Source: Pseudoalteromonas pernae
Lineage (GTDB): Bacteria > Pseudomonadota > Gammaproteobacteria > Enterobacterales > Alteromonadaceae
Direction of reading: 5' to 3'
Assembly (NCBI RefSeq): GCF_039831865.1
Contig: NZ_JBDODM010000001.1
Span: 87,383-127,382 of the forward strand
DNA length: 40,000 nt
The notes under the pieces were generated by a model that saw only the letters and a list, made by a program, of their open reading frames with translations, did not search any database and was not told the origin of the DNA. Position 1 is the first letter of the stretch. Each line of letters starts with the position of its first letter. Below are positions 15,822-23,026 of this stretch, piece after piece. The translations under genes and the position numbers were made by a program.

Positions 15822-16500
15822 GTTGAACCTGCTCAGTGGCAGTGATTAACGACACATCGAATTGCTGCCGTTGTTCGCATAACACCTGCGCTTGTAGGTT
15901 GTTTAACAAGGGCAAAATTGGTTGGCTAAGTAGGGTGCTAATACTTTGCTTAGCCGCTTTAGCATAGGCTTCTTTAAGCGTCCATACGCGAAAGAAAGTG
16001 TCTACTTCATCACCAATCGCACTCGTTTCTTGCTGTGGGTAAAAGTGCGCTGCGAGCTTTTGAAACGGGCGTTTCTCGTCAATTTTTTCTATGTCTAAGC
16101 CCAACACAGTTTGCGCGTTCAAAGTTGCCGCAACGCCCACATGCTGCTGTGAGTGGCTAATGACTACGTTGATATCCAGTAGCCGTTCATTAGCATAGAC
16201 CTGAAGCTGTTTCAGTTGTTCGTTAAAGCGTGTTTCAAACTGATTGTGGGGCAGCGACGCGTATTCCGGTTTTAGTATTTTAACCAATTCTTTGATACAC
16301 CAACGACTTACCAAATATTCTTGCTTCGCTTTAGGTTGTTTTCGACGCGCTAGCACGGCTAATTCGTTCTCATGCAAATGGCTGTTATGCATGTCTTTCG
16401 CCTGCGTCAGGGTCAATAAAGTGGTGCCGGTCTTGAGTGACTGGCTCTTAATACTTTGACCGATTGGTAAAGGTTGAAATTGATAGTCTGGATGTAGCAT
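15781..16500 (-). CDS. 4'-phosphopantetheinyl transferase (Sfp/EntD superfamily)
   Basis: Motifs ISHSQQHVGVA, LGLDIEKI and FFRVWTLKEAYAKA. 3' end overlaps convergent lysC by 41 nt. Confidence 0.75.
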   Translation of the reverse strand: MLHPDYQFQPLPIGQSIKSQSLKTGTTLLTLTQAKDMHNSHLHENELAVLARRKQPKAKQEYLVSRWCIKELVKILKPEYASLPHNQFETRFNEQLKQLQVYANERLLDINVVISHSQQHVGVAATLNAQTVLGLDIEKIDEKRPFQKLAAHFYPQQETSAIGDEVDTFFRVWTLKEAYAKAAKQSISTLLSQPILPLLNNLQAQVLCEQRQQFDVSLITATEQVQLIDLAPTTVGESL

Positions 16501-16591
16501 AAAGTGTTGGTTCGATATCCGTCGCAGCGACTACTTTGTTCACACTAAGTGTGGTTTAATAGACGCAAAACAATAACAGAAATTCCTACGA

Positions 16592-17914
16592 ATGACGAAT
16601 AAGCGTGACGGCTTCCAAAGCCGTATTGGATTTGTGCTGGCTGCTGCCGGCGCAGCGGTAGGCCTCGGAAATATATGGGGTTTTCCTACCCAAGCGGCTA
16701 ACCACGGTGGTGGTGCCTTTTTACTCGTATACTTTATCGTAATTTTTGCTCTAGCACTGCCAGCGCTCTTTACCGAGCTTTATATAGGCTACAGTGCGCA
16801 GGCAAATCCGGTTGTTGCCCTTAAGCGCGCGTGGCAAGACAAAGCCCCTAAACTAGGTGCAGGTGCAGGTTATTTGGGCTTGGCAGGCGCGATTGTAATG
16901 CTCAGCTTTTACTCCATAGTTGCAGGATGGATGCTATCCCACGCCTTAGCGCCCGTCGCTCAATTAGCGGGAATGCAGAGCCTCGCTGATTTCCTTAGTA
17001 ACGACTCAACCACTCGCAACCTTATTTTTACGCCGTTGATGCTGTTGCTTACCGCCAGTATTATCCTCAAAGGCGTGAAGTCGGGGATTGAAACCTGGTC
17101 TCGTCGTTTGATGCCTTTACTACTTGTACTTTTAATCGGTCTAATTTTCTACATTGGCTCGCTTGACGGTGCGAGCGAAGGTTTCGCTAATTACTTGAAA
17201 CCCGACTTCACCAAGGTATGGGATGCCGATTTAATCATCGCCGCCATGGGCCAAGCGTTCTTCTCATTGTCGCTTGGTGTGGGCTGTATGATGATTTATG
17301 GCTCTTACCTACAACCAGGCGCGAACTTAGGTAAATTAACTTTGAGCGTAGCTGCGCTAGATACCTCAGTGGCGTTCTTGGCAGGCTTGTTAATCGTGCC
17401 TGCGATATTTGTGGCAAACCACAACGGCGTGCAGGTATTTGCCGATGGCAAGTTGATAGGCGAGGGGCAATTGATTTTCGCTGTATTGCCACAATTATTT
17501 GAAGCTATGGGTTCTATCGGTTTGTTTGTGGCGTTGGCCTTCTTCGTGTTGATGTCGATTGCATCAGTGACTTCAACGATTTCATCCACTGAAATCCCCG
17601 TGGCCTTTTTAGTCGAAAACCACGGCCTGAGCCGTAAGTTGTCAACGTGGTTGGTAACGCTGGTTGTGTTTATTGCTTCAGCGACCATTATCGCCAATTT
17701 TGATTGGTTATTTGGTTTGGTGATTCAAGTGTTCACTCAGTACCAACTGCCGCTGATGGGGTTATTCTATTTCCTCACCTTGGGTTGGGTGTGGAATCGA
17801 GGTAACAAACTCGCGCAATCAGAGCATAAAGGAATCAAGCTATTACTTTGGTACATCCGCATTGTGTGCCCGATACTGATGAGCGCTGTGTTTATTAATG
17901 TGGCTATCAAATAG
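16592..17914 (+). CDS. Sodium-dependent transporter, neurotransmitter:sodium symporter (SNF) family
   Basis: N-terminal GFVLAAAGAAVGLGNIWGFP motif. About 11-12 TM segments. 440 aa. Confidence 0.85.
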   Translation: MTNKRDGFQSRIGFVLAAAGAAVGLGNIWGFPTQAANHGGGAFLLVYFIVIFALALPALFTELYIGYSAQANPVVALKRAWQDKAPKLGAGAGYLGLAGAIVMLSFYSIVAGWMLSHALAPVAQLAGMQSLADFLSNDSTTRNLIFTPLMLLLTASIILKGVKSGIETWSRRLMPLLLVLLIGLIFYIGSLDGASEGFANYLKPDFTKVWDADLIIAAMGQAFFSLSLGVGCMMIYGSYLQPGANLGKLTLSVAALDTSVAFLAGLLIVPAIFVANHNGVQVFADGKLIGEGQLIFAVLPQLFEAMGSIGLFVALAFFVLMSIASVTSTISSTEIPVAFLVENHGLSRKLSTWLVTLVVFIASATIIANFDWLFGLVIQVFTQYQLPLMGLFYFLTLGWVWNRGNKLAQSEHKGIKLLLWYIRIVCPILMSAVFINVAIK

Positions 17915-17954
17915 TGGTGATGAAATAGCGGCAATCAAATAACTGCATAAACAG

Positions 17955-17980
17955 AAAGGGCTTTTTTTACAGCCCTTTTT
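17955..17980 (+). terminator. Rho-independent terminator after the SNF transporter gene
   Basis: AAAGGGCT-loop-AGCCCTTT followed by TTT. Confidence 0.65.
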
Positions 17981-18010
17981 GATGCGTAGCAGGGCATTGA
18001 GTCACTATCT

Positions 18011-18997
18011 TCAGGCATTGTCTAAATGGGTTTTAATTATTTCTCGATCAACTGGGCTGATGGTGTTGCAAAATCTCGAACCCACTACATGAGTGTATAT
18101 CTCAGTTGTTTTTAAATCTGTGTGCCCTAGCAACTCTTGGACTGTTCTAATATCGCAGCCATGCAGCAATAATTCAGTCGCAGACGAATGCCTAAAAGTG
18201 TGTGCTTTAACACGTTTTGGGATATCCGCCGATATAACTGCTTTTCTCAAATTCTTTCTAAAGGCAGATTCGTGAATATGATGACGACATATATAGCCAT
18301 CGTATGGGTGAACGCATCGCGTTGTCGAAGGAAATAGGTATTGCCAAGAAAAGTCCTTAATCGCATTACCATATTTGCGCATTAAAGATGGAGGCAATGA
18401 GGTAAGTCCGAAACCTTGGCTCAAGTCAAAAGAATGGAGGGCTTTTACTTTTTCTATCTGTCTTTTTATTGGCTCATTGAGTGATTTCGGCAAAATTGAG
18501 TACCTATCTTTTCGGCCTTTCCCTCTAAAAACAAACACAGTATTGTTGGAAAGATTTACATCTTTAACTCTTAAACTGAGTGCTTCATTTATTCTTAGCC
18601 CACTACCATATAATATGGATGCGATTAGCCAATGGATCCCACTCATATTAGCAAGCACTCGAACAGCTTCTTGATGTGAAAGCACCGTCGGCATACTTTG
18701 TTCCTTTTTCGTAAAGGAATAATTGAGCCCTTTAACCTCTTGCTTGATCACATAGCGATATAGAAATATAAGTGCACACAAAGCTTGGTTTTGTGTAGCG
18801 GGACTGACTTGTCGATTCATTGCCAAATGGTTTAAAAAACGTTCTATCTCTCGGTTTCCCATGTTATTGGGATGTCTTTTATCGTTAAATAAAATAAACG
18901 ACCTAATCCAACTGAGATACACCTTTTCAGTTTTTAGGCTATAGCGACGAGTCCTGAGCTCCGCTCGGACTGTTTCTATAAATGGTGAATGGCCCAT
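18011..18997 (-). CDS. intI: Integron integrase IntI (full length, catalytic residues present)
   Basis: Tyrosine recombinase boxes (HTFRHSSATELL, LLGHTDLKTTEIYTHV). Also the integron-specific insertion LPPSLMRKYGNAIKDFSWQYLFPS...HIHESAF. 328 aa. Confidence 0.9.
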   Translation of the reverse strand: MGHSPFIETVRAELRTRRYSLKTEKVYLSWIRSFILFNDKRHPNNMGNREIERFLNHLAMNRQVSPATQNQALCALIFLYRYVIKQEVKGLNYSFTKKEQSMPTVLSHQEAVRVLANMSGIHWLIASILYGSGLRINEALSLRVKDVNLSNNTVFVFRGKGRKDRYSILPKSLNEPIKRQIEKVKALHSFDLSQGFGLTSLPPSLMRKYGNAIKDFSWQYLFPSTTRCVHPYDGYICRHHIHESAFRKNLRKAVISADIPKRVKAHTFRHSSATELLLHGCDIRTVQELLGHTDLKTTEIYTHVVGSRFCNTISPVDREIIKTHLDNA

Positions 18998-19017
18998 TAT
19001 GCATTCCTTGATGGGTG

Positions 19018-19033
19018 CTGTATATATATACAG
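19018..19033. promoter_or_regulatory. LexA (SOS) box in the intI promoter region
   Basis: Perfect CTGT-N8-ACAG palindrome CTGTATATATATACAG, 21 nt upstream of the intI ATG. Confidence 0.75.
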
Positions 19034-19066
19034 TTACAAGTGGTCGTCTGCTATTTTGCAAGCAAA

Positions 19067-19105
19067 TGGCACGTTATGTGATGAGTTATTTTGGCACGAT
19101 TATGT
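19067..19105 (+). repeat. Imperfect direct repeats TGGCACGTTATGT / TGGCACGATTATGT (candidate IntI-binding sites or attI core)
   Basis: Two 13/14-nt copies 25 bp apart. The first contains GTTATGT, identical to the crossover heptamer at two downstream attC sites. Confidence 0.35.
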
Positions 19106-19114
19106 AGCTCTCAT

Positions 19115-19143
19115 TTGTAATTAATTGATTATATAAATAAAAT
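19115..19143 (+). promoter_or_regulatory. Candidate cassette promoter (Pc-like)
   Basis: TTGTAA-N17-TAAAAT facing the cassettes. The region is AT-rich, so a chance match is quite possible. Confidence 0.25.
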
Positions 19144-19175
19144 TTTACGAAACTGAATAGTTTAACGAGCCTTGT

Positions 19176-19247
19176 ATGGCTCGAATAAGTAATGGCTCGA
19201 ATAAGTAATGGCTCGAATAAGTAATGGCTCGAATAAGTAATGGCTCG
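19176..19247. repeat. 16-bp tandem repeat (ATGGCTCGAATAAGTA) x4.5
   Basis: Exact head-to-tail copies starting at 19176, 19192, 19208 and 19224, plus a partial copy at 19240. Flanked by ACGAGCC (19165-19171) and a final GGCTCGT plus T-run (19242-19252). Confidence 0.95.
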
Positions 19248-19290
19248 TTTTTATCGAACGTTTATTAGCTTGCTCAACAACAAACCACTT

Positions 19291-19392
19291 GATAACTTAT
19301 TGCTATTATTAAATAAAAAACTTATTTGTTAAGAGTTTTGGGCCTGTGGATAGATTCCTTTATCCGAAATTCGCACTAATAAGCTGTTAGCT
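19291..19392 (+). repeat. Possible degenerate attC (would define an ORF-less first cassette)
   Basis: GATAACTTATT...AATAAGCTGTTAGC termini with an internal GGATA/TATCC stem. Weaker than the other sites. Confidence 0.3.
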
Positions 19393-19404
19393 ATAGGTAC
19401 CTAA

Positions 19405-20319
19405 ATGATCGAAGCCCGAGATTTCACTTCAGCTGATGAAATGTTCGATTTTTTTTCACCATGGGGTGAAAGCTCCAATTTAGAGGGTTTCATTTTTAGG
19501 GGGCACAGTCAGGACTCTTATGAGTTGGTGCCAACTGCATTGAGGCTAAATAATGTAGATTGGTTTTGGAAAACTTGTGGCTTAGGAAGGCCTATTGAAC
19601 CCCAGCATAATTGGCAAACTTGGCAGGTTAAAGGTGAGTATTCTGTTCTAAGGGCTTTTTATCGTTTAGCCGATCAAAGGGGGTTAGAAGTTCCTGTTTC
19701 TGAGCGAGTGAGGCTTAATCTTGCGCAAGAATTTGATTTCCACGGCCTAAACAACCCACATGAAAGTGACACTTGGATTCCTAAGGATCTATTGGAGACT
19801 GCTGCTTTAGCACAGCATTATGGCATTCCAACACGGCTTCTGGATTGGACGTATGACATATTTGTCGCACTATTTTTTGCAATGACTGGAGCCATTGAAA
19901 AAGATGGAAAGCTCGAAATATGGGCATTAAATAAAGAGCATTTATCTTTCCTAAAACCAACAGTTAACCGAGTTAATGTTGATTTTATTACCCCTCATTA
20001 TGCTAACAACCCAAATTTGAACGCTCAAAAAGGTCTTTTTACTCATTGGCCAGTTCAATTACCATCTATGGTCAATGAAATGCACCTTTTACAAAGTGGG
20101 CAGGTTGTCCATGTTGATCGAAGACCGTTAGATGCTCTAGTCGCTGAAAACTACAGTGGTGAAGAGAATATTTTTATATTCAAGCGTTTTACATTGCCAT
20201 GCTCAGAGGCAAAAAAAGGGTGTAACATTCTAGCTAAGCTTGGGTACGACGCTGCAAGAATATTCCCTGGATACAGTGGTGTGGCTAAGCATTTGTTGAA
20301 TCAACATAACTATAGCTAA
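19405..20319 (+). CDS. FRG-domain protein (integron cassette)
   Basis: Hallmarks FIFRGHSQDSYELVPTALR, AQHYGIPTRLLDWTYDIFVALFFA and NAQKGLFTHW. 304 aa. The stop lies inside the attC. Confidence 0.8.
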   Translation: MIEARDFTSADEMFDFFSPWGESSNLEGFIFRGHSQDSYELVPTALRLNNVDWFWKTCGLGRPIEPQHNWQTWQVKGEYSVLRAFYRLADQRGLEVPVSERVRLNLAQEFDFHGLNNPHESDTWIPKDLLETAALAQHYGIPTRLLDWTYDIFVALFFAMTGAIEKDGKLEIWALNKEHLSFLKPTVNRVNVDFITPHYANNPNLNAQKGLFTHWPVQLPSMVNEMHLLQSGQVVHVDRRPLDALVAENYSGEENIFIFKRFTLPCSEAKKGCNILAKLGYDAARIFPGYSGVAKHLLNQHNYS

Positions 20320-20377
20320 CAATCCATTGTAACGGACTCGGAAAAGGCAACTCGCCGTTAAATAGCGGCGTTATGTT
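20314..20377 (+). repeat. attC site 1 (~64 bp)
   Basis: GCTAACAATCC...AACGGACTCG/CTCGCCGTT...GGCGTTATGT. Confidence 0.65.
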
Positions 20378-20423
20378 TTAGGAAGTCCCAGTTTAAATTT
20401 ATGAAAGGAATTAGGTTATAAAT

Positions 20424-20654
20424 ATGAATGTGTTAAAAGTAATTGGAGTTGCGCTCTCCATTATATTTTCCTTTGTTTTTTTAGAAACTTCAGGTGTGGA
20501 TATTACAAAAGCTAACATTCTAAAATTTGAAAACTTTTCAATTTCAGTTTTTAGTTTACTCGCAATTTGCATCTACTTTTTTGAAAAGCTCATAATTAAA
20601 TCTATTGAGCTTGTGTCTATATTCTTTTCTAGTGATACTAGCCATAGTAAGTAA
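20424..20654 (+). CDS. Small 2-TM membrane protein (cassette)
   Basis: 76 aa with two hydrophobic helices. SD AAAGGA. Bounded by attC sites. Confidence 0.5.
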   Translation: MNVLKVIGVALSIIFSFVFLETSGVDITKANILKFENFSISVFSLLAICIYFFEKLIIKSIELVSIFFSSDTSHSK

Positions 20655-20656
20655 AA

Positions 20657-20760
20657 ACATAACAAGCCATTTCAGTGCGGGACTTTTAACAGTTAGCTTT
20701 CCTCACTGCGTTCGTTATTTTAGCCAACTGTAAAAAAGCCCCTGAATGGGGCGTTATATT
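20657..20760 (+). repeat. attC site 2 (~104 bp)
   Basis: ATAACAAGCCATTTCAG...CTGAATGGGGCGTTATAT with internal AACAGTTAGC/GCCAACTGT pairing. Confidence 0.75.
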
Positions 20761-20775
20761 TTACAAGGAGTATGT

Positions 20776-21156
20776 ATGAAATTTTTGAGCGTTTTATCAA
20801 TTGCTATTCTAGTGCTGGGTGGCTGTAAGTCGGCCCCTCAGCAATACCTTACAAAAACTCCCATAACAATAGAGCAATCTGAGTTGCAAAACTATTGGAT
20901 TCAAGAAGCTAAAGAGTTCAGTTTTAAAGTTAGTAGATTGCAGCCACCGAAAAGCAGTGGCGTCGTAAAAGTTAAGTATTTAGTAGATTCTAATGGTCAG
21001 ATATTTAATCCAATAGTTGTTGAGTCTTCCCCCAATGGAGCATGGGATAAATTTGCTCTACAAGCCTTAAGCAATATTCACTATGTACCTGCTAAAGCTA
21101 ATTCGTCAAATGTACCAGTGTACGTTACAACAGAATTTACTTTTGGGCACAAGTAA
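20776..21156 (+). CDS. Lipoprotein with TonB-C-terminal-like domain (cassette)
   Basis: Start moved to ATG 20776 (SD AAGGAG). Lipobox VLGGC. The C-terminal pattern GVVKVKYLVDSNGQIFNPIVVESSP...FALQALSNIHYVPA resembles the TonB_C fold family. Confidence 0.6.
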   Translation: MKFLSVLSIAILVLGGCKSAPQQYLTKTPITIEQSELQNYWIQEAKEFSFKVSRLQPPKSSGVVKVKYLVDSNGQIFNPIVVESSPNGAWDKFALQALSNIHYVPAKANSSNVPVYVTTEFTFGHK

Positions 21157-21157
21157 A

Positions 21158-21256
21158 ATATAACAAGGTGCTAAAACGGAAAAATTACAGTTGGCTGCGC
21201 TCGCACCTCGCACATTTTAACCAACTGCACTTTTCCGCTTAGCACAGCGTTATGTT
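21158..21256 (+). repeat. attC site 3 (~99 bp)
   Basis: ATAACAAGGTGCTAAAACGGAAAA...CTTTTCCGCTTAGCACAGCGTTATG. Confidence 0.75.
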
Positions 21257-21261
21257 TTCAG

Positions 21262-21549
21262 GTGAGCATGTTTAGCATTTATCAAAGAGCTATATTTTGG
21301 CGATTCGTGATGGTAATCGTTTTAGTCGGTGGGTTTGTTGCAGGTAATGTGATAATTCAGGCTAGTAACGGTAGAATTATATTTAGTATTTTGTGGTTTG
21401 GTATTGGTTCAATTTTAGCCATGATAATTTATGCATTTTCAAGTTATCAAAAATGTAATCATTGTGGTCACAAAATCGCAATTGGTATTAACAATTTAGG
21501 ACTCACAGAAACACCAAATGCTTGTCCAAAGTGCAACAAGAAAACATAA
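21262..21549 (+). CDS. Small membrane protein with C-terminal zinc-ribbon (cassette)
   Basis: Two TM helices, then CNHCGHK...CPKCNKK (CxxC...CxxC). GTG 21262 or ATG 21268 start. Confidence 0.5.
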   Translation: MSMFSIYQRAIFWRFVMVIVLVGGFVAGNVIIQASNGRIIFSILWFGIGSILAMIIYAFSSYQKCNHCGHKIAIGINNLGLTETPNACPKCNKKT

Positions 21550-21615
21550 CAAAAACATCATGGTGGGAATTTTACTCGCTGAACAAGCGCTCCTAAAATC
21601 CCCATATGTTAAGCG
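21544..21615 (+). repeat. attC site 4 (~72 bp)
   Basis: ATAACAAAAACATCATGGTGGGAATTTTA...TAAAATCCCCATATGTTAAGC. Confidence 0.7.
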
Positions 21616-21638
21616 TTAAATGGCCACAAGGAAGAAAA

Positions 21639-22010
21639 GTGCTAAAGCTCGAGATCAATAAGATATTTGCGCTAATTATTGGGGCCGTGGCTTTTTACTC
21701 CGGCTATATAATTCTGCCAGGGTTGCCAGAAGCCTATGCTGGCTGGCAGTCGTTTTTCGATCAGCGTAATTCAGTCTATCCAATATTAATTATTGGTCTG
21801 TATTCTGCCGTTCCTTTTGGTTTTCTCTCGGTTGCCGCATTGGTTTATCTCAATAAACGTAGTTATTTTATCTTTCCAGTGCTACTGGTGGGTTGGTTTG
21901 TCTTTATCAGTTACACGGTTTATTTAGTATTAATTTTGGTGCTTTTCTGGTGGTTAAAACAATCATTAAGTCACCATTTAACAAGGCGCTCAAGCAAAGA
22001 CGCAGCATAG
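21639..22010 (+). CDS. Polytopic small membrane protein (cassette)
   Basis: The track ORF starts at 21606, inside attC4. GTG 21639 after AAGGAAG is the more plausible start. 3-4 TM helices. The 3' end runs into attC5. Confidence 0.5.
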   Translation: MLKLEINKIFALIIGAVAFYSGYIILPGLPEAYAGWQSFFDQRNSVYPILIIGLYSAVPFGFLSVAALVYLNKRSYFIFPVLLVGWFVFISYTVYLVLILVLFWWLKQSLSHHLTRRSSKDAA

Positions 22011-22037
22011 CTGCGCCGCTTAGCTTGGCGTGAAGTT
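21976..22037 (+). repeat. attC site 5 (~62 bp) with variant crossover GTGAAG
   Basis: TTAACAAGGCGCTCAAGC...GCTTAGCTTGGCGTGAAGT. The expected GTT is GTG. Confidence 0.55.
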
Positions 22038-22040
22038 TTC

Positions 22041-22543
22041 ATGAGAGTCTGAATACTAGTTTCTATTTTCATTTTGCTCTGTGGTTGTGGAGAAGGGCGT
22101 AAAACACCTGAAGGCTATATTGAAGAATGTTATGGCGGAGATTTCTCAAAAAATATGATAGGGAGAACTCCAAGCTATTCAGTTGTTCTTGATCTAGAAA
22201 CATCAGAGTGGGAAGAATTAAGGATTACCTTAAAAACTTTGCTACTGAAAAAGAGCTCCGCTTTTTTGAGGATATCAGGCGAGACGATTCGCTAAATATG
22301 TTTAATGTTTCTTTATGTTCAAAAGATGAGTTATGGATAAATGCAGACAAAAGAATTTGGGCAGTTGGAGATTCACCTGAACATATTCCAGTGCCGTTAA
22401 TGATAAGGGTTCAGGTTTATAAAAATGACGAAAAATGGACTTCAATATCAGAAAGTTTAAATAGTATTCTTATTAATAAATGGCCAAATGATATAAACAC
22501 AGAGCATGGGTATACATCTAGTTATAAAAATTCGTTGTATTAA
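22041..22543 (+). pseudogene. Decayed lipoprotein cassette gene (nonsense at codon 4 plus frameshift)
   Basis: ATG AGA GTC TGA (22050-22052), then in-frame ILVSIFILLCGCGEG, a lipoprotein signal and lipobox. Track ORFs 22074-22295 and 22208-22543 are two frames of one gene. The reading ...SEWEEL/KDYLKNFATEKEL is restored by adding 1 nt near 22208-22222. Confidence 0.6.
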
Positions 22544-22548
22544 AAACC

Positions 22549-22647
22549 TAGCAAACAATTTATTTGGGACTGCTAAAGCTTGGCGCAGTTCCGCTTCGCT
22601 GTACACTTTTAGAAAGCAATTCTCAGCCACTTTTGTGGGGTATTATG
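22549..22647 (+). repeat. attC site 6 (degenerate)
   Basis: Position and length fit the long attC class (GCAAACAAT...GGGGTATTATG), but the terminal pairing is poor. Confidence 0.35.
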
Positions 22648-22665
22648 TGAAAAATAGGGATTATC

Positions 22666-22866
22666 ATGAGTGGAAATAAAAAATTATCAATACTTGTATT
22701 TTCTGTTGTTACGATATTGGCAATAGGTGCTATTGCGAAGAATCTAAATGAGAAAAATCATTATAAAATGGCGCTAGAAAAGTGTGGTTCTGAAAATAAT
22801 GTGAAGCACTTTGATTCAAAAGGCTTTGAATGCGTCAAAAGTGAAACTGCAACTGAAAAACAATAG
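22666..22866 (+). CDS. Small membrane-anchored or secreted protein (cassette)
   Basis: 66 aa. N-terminal hydrophobic anchor LSILVFSVVTILAIGAIA followed by a two-Cys soluble tail. Confidence 0.45.
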   Translation: MSGNKKLSILVFSVVTILAIGAIAKNLNEKNHYKMALEKCGSENNVKHFDSKGFECVKSETATEKQ

Positions 22867-22901
22867 GTAGTTTTAGTTGTGCTATTCAAAAACCAAGTTT
22901 C

Positions 22902-22998
22902 ATCTAACAAATTGCTAAACTAGGGCAAAATTAAATAAGCTCGTCGTTTCACTCGACCCTCGCTTTTTCAATTTTGCATCGTAGCTAAGCGTTAGCAA
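22902..22998 (+). repeat. attC site 7 (~97 bp)
   Basis: CTAACAAATTGCTAAACTAGGGCAAAATT...AATTTTGCATCGTAGCTAAGCGTTAGC. Confidence 0.75.
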
Positions 22999-23026
22999 AG
23001 AAGCCTTCATTTCTAAAGGAAAACAG

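Noticed and set aside
19176-19247. Tandem 16-bp repeat as a CRISPR array
   Set aside because: The copies are head-to-tail with no spacers, the unit is too short, and there are no cas genes in the window.
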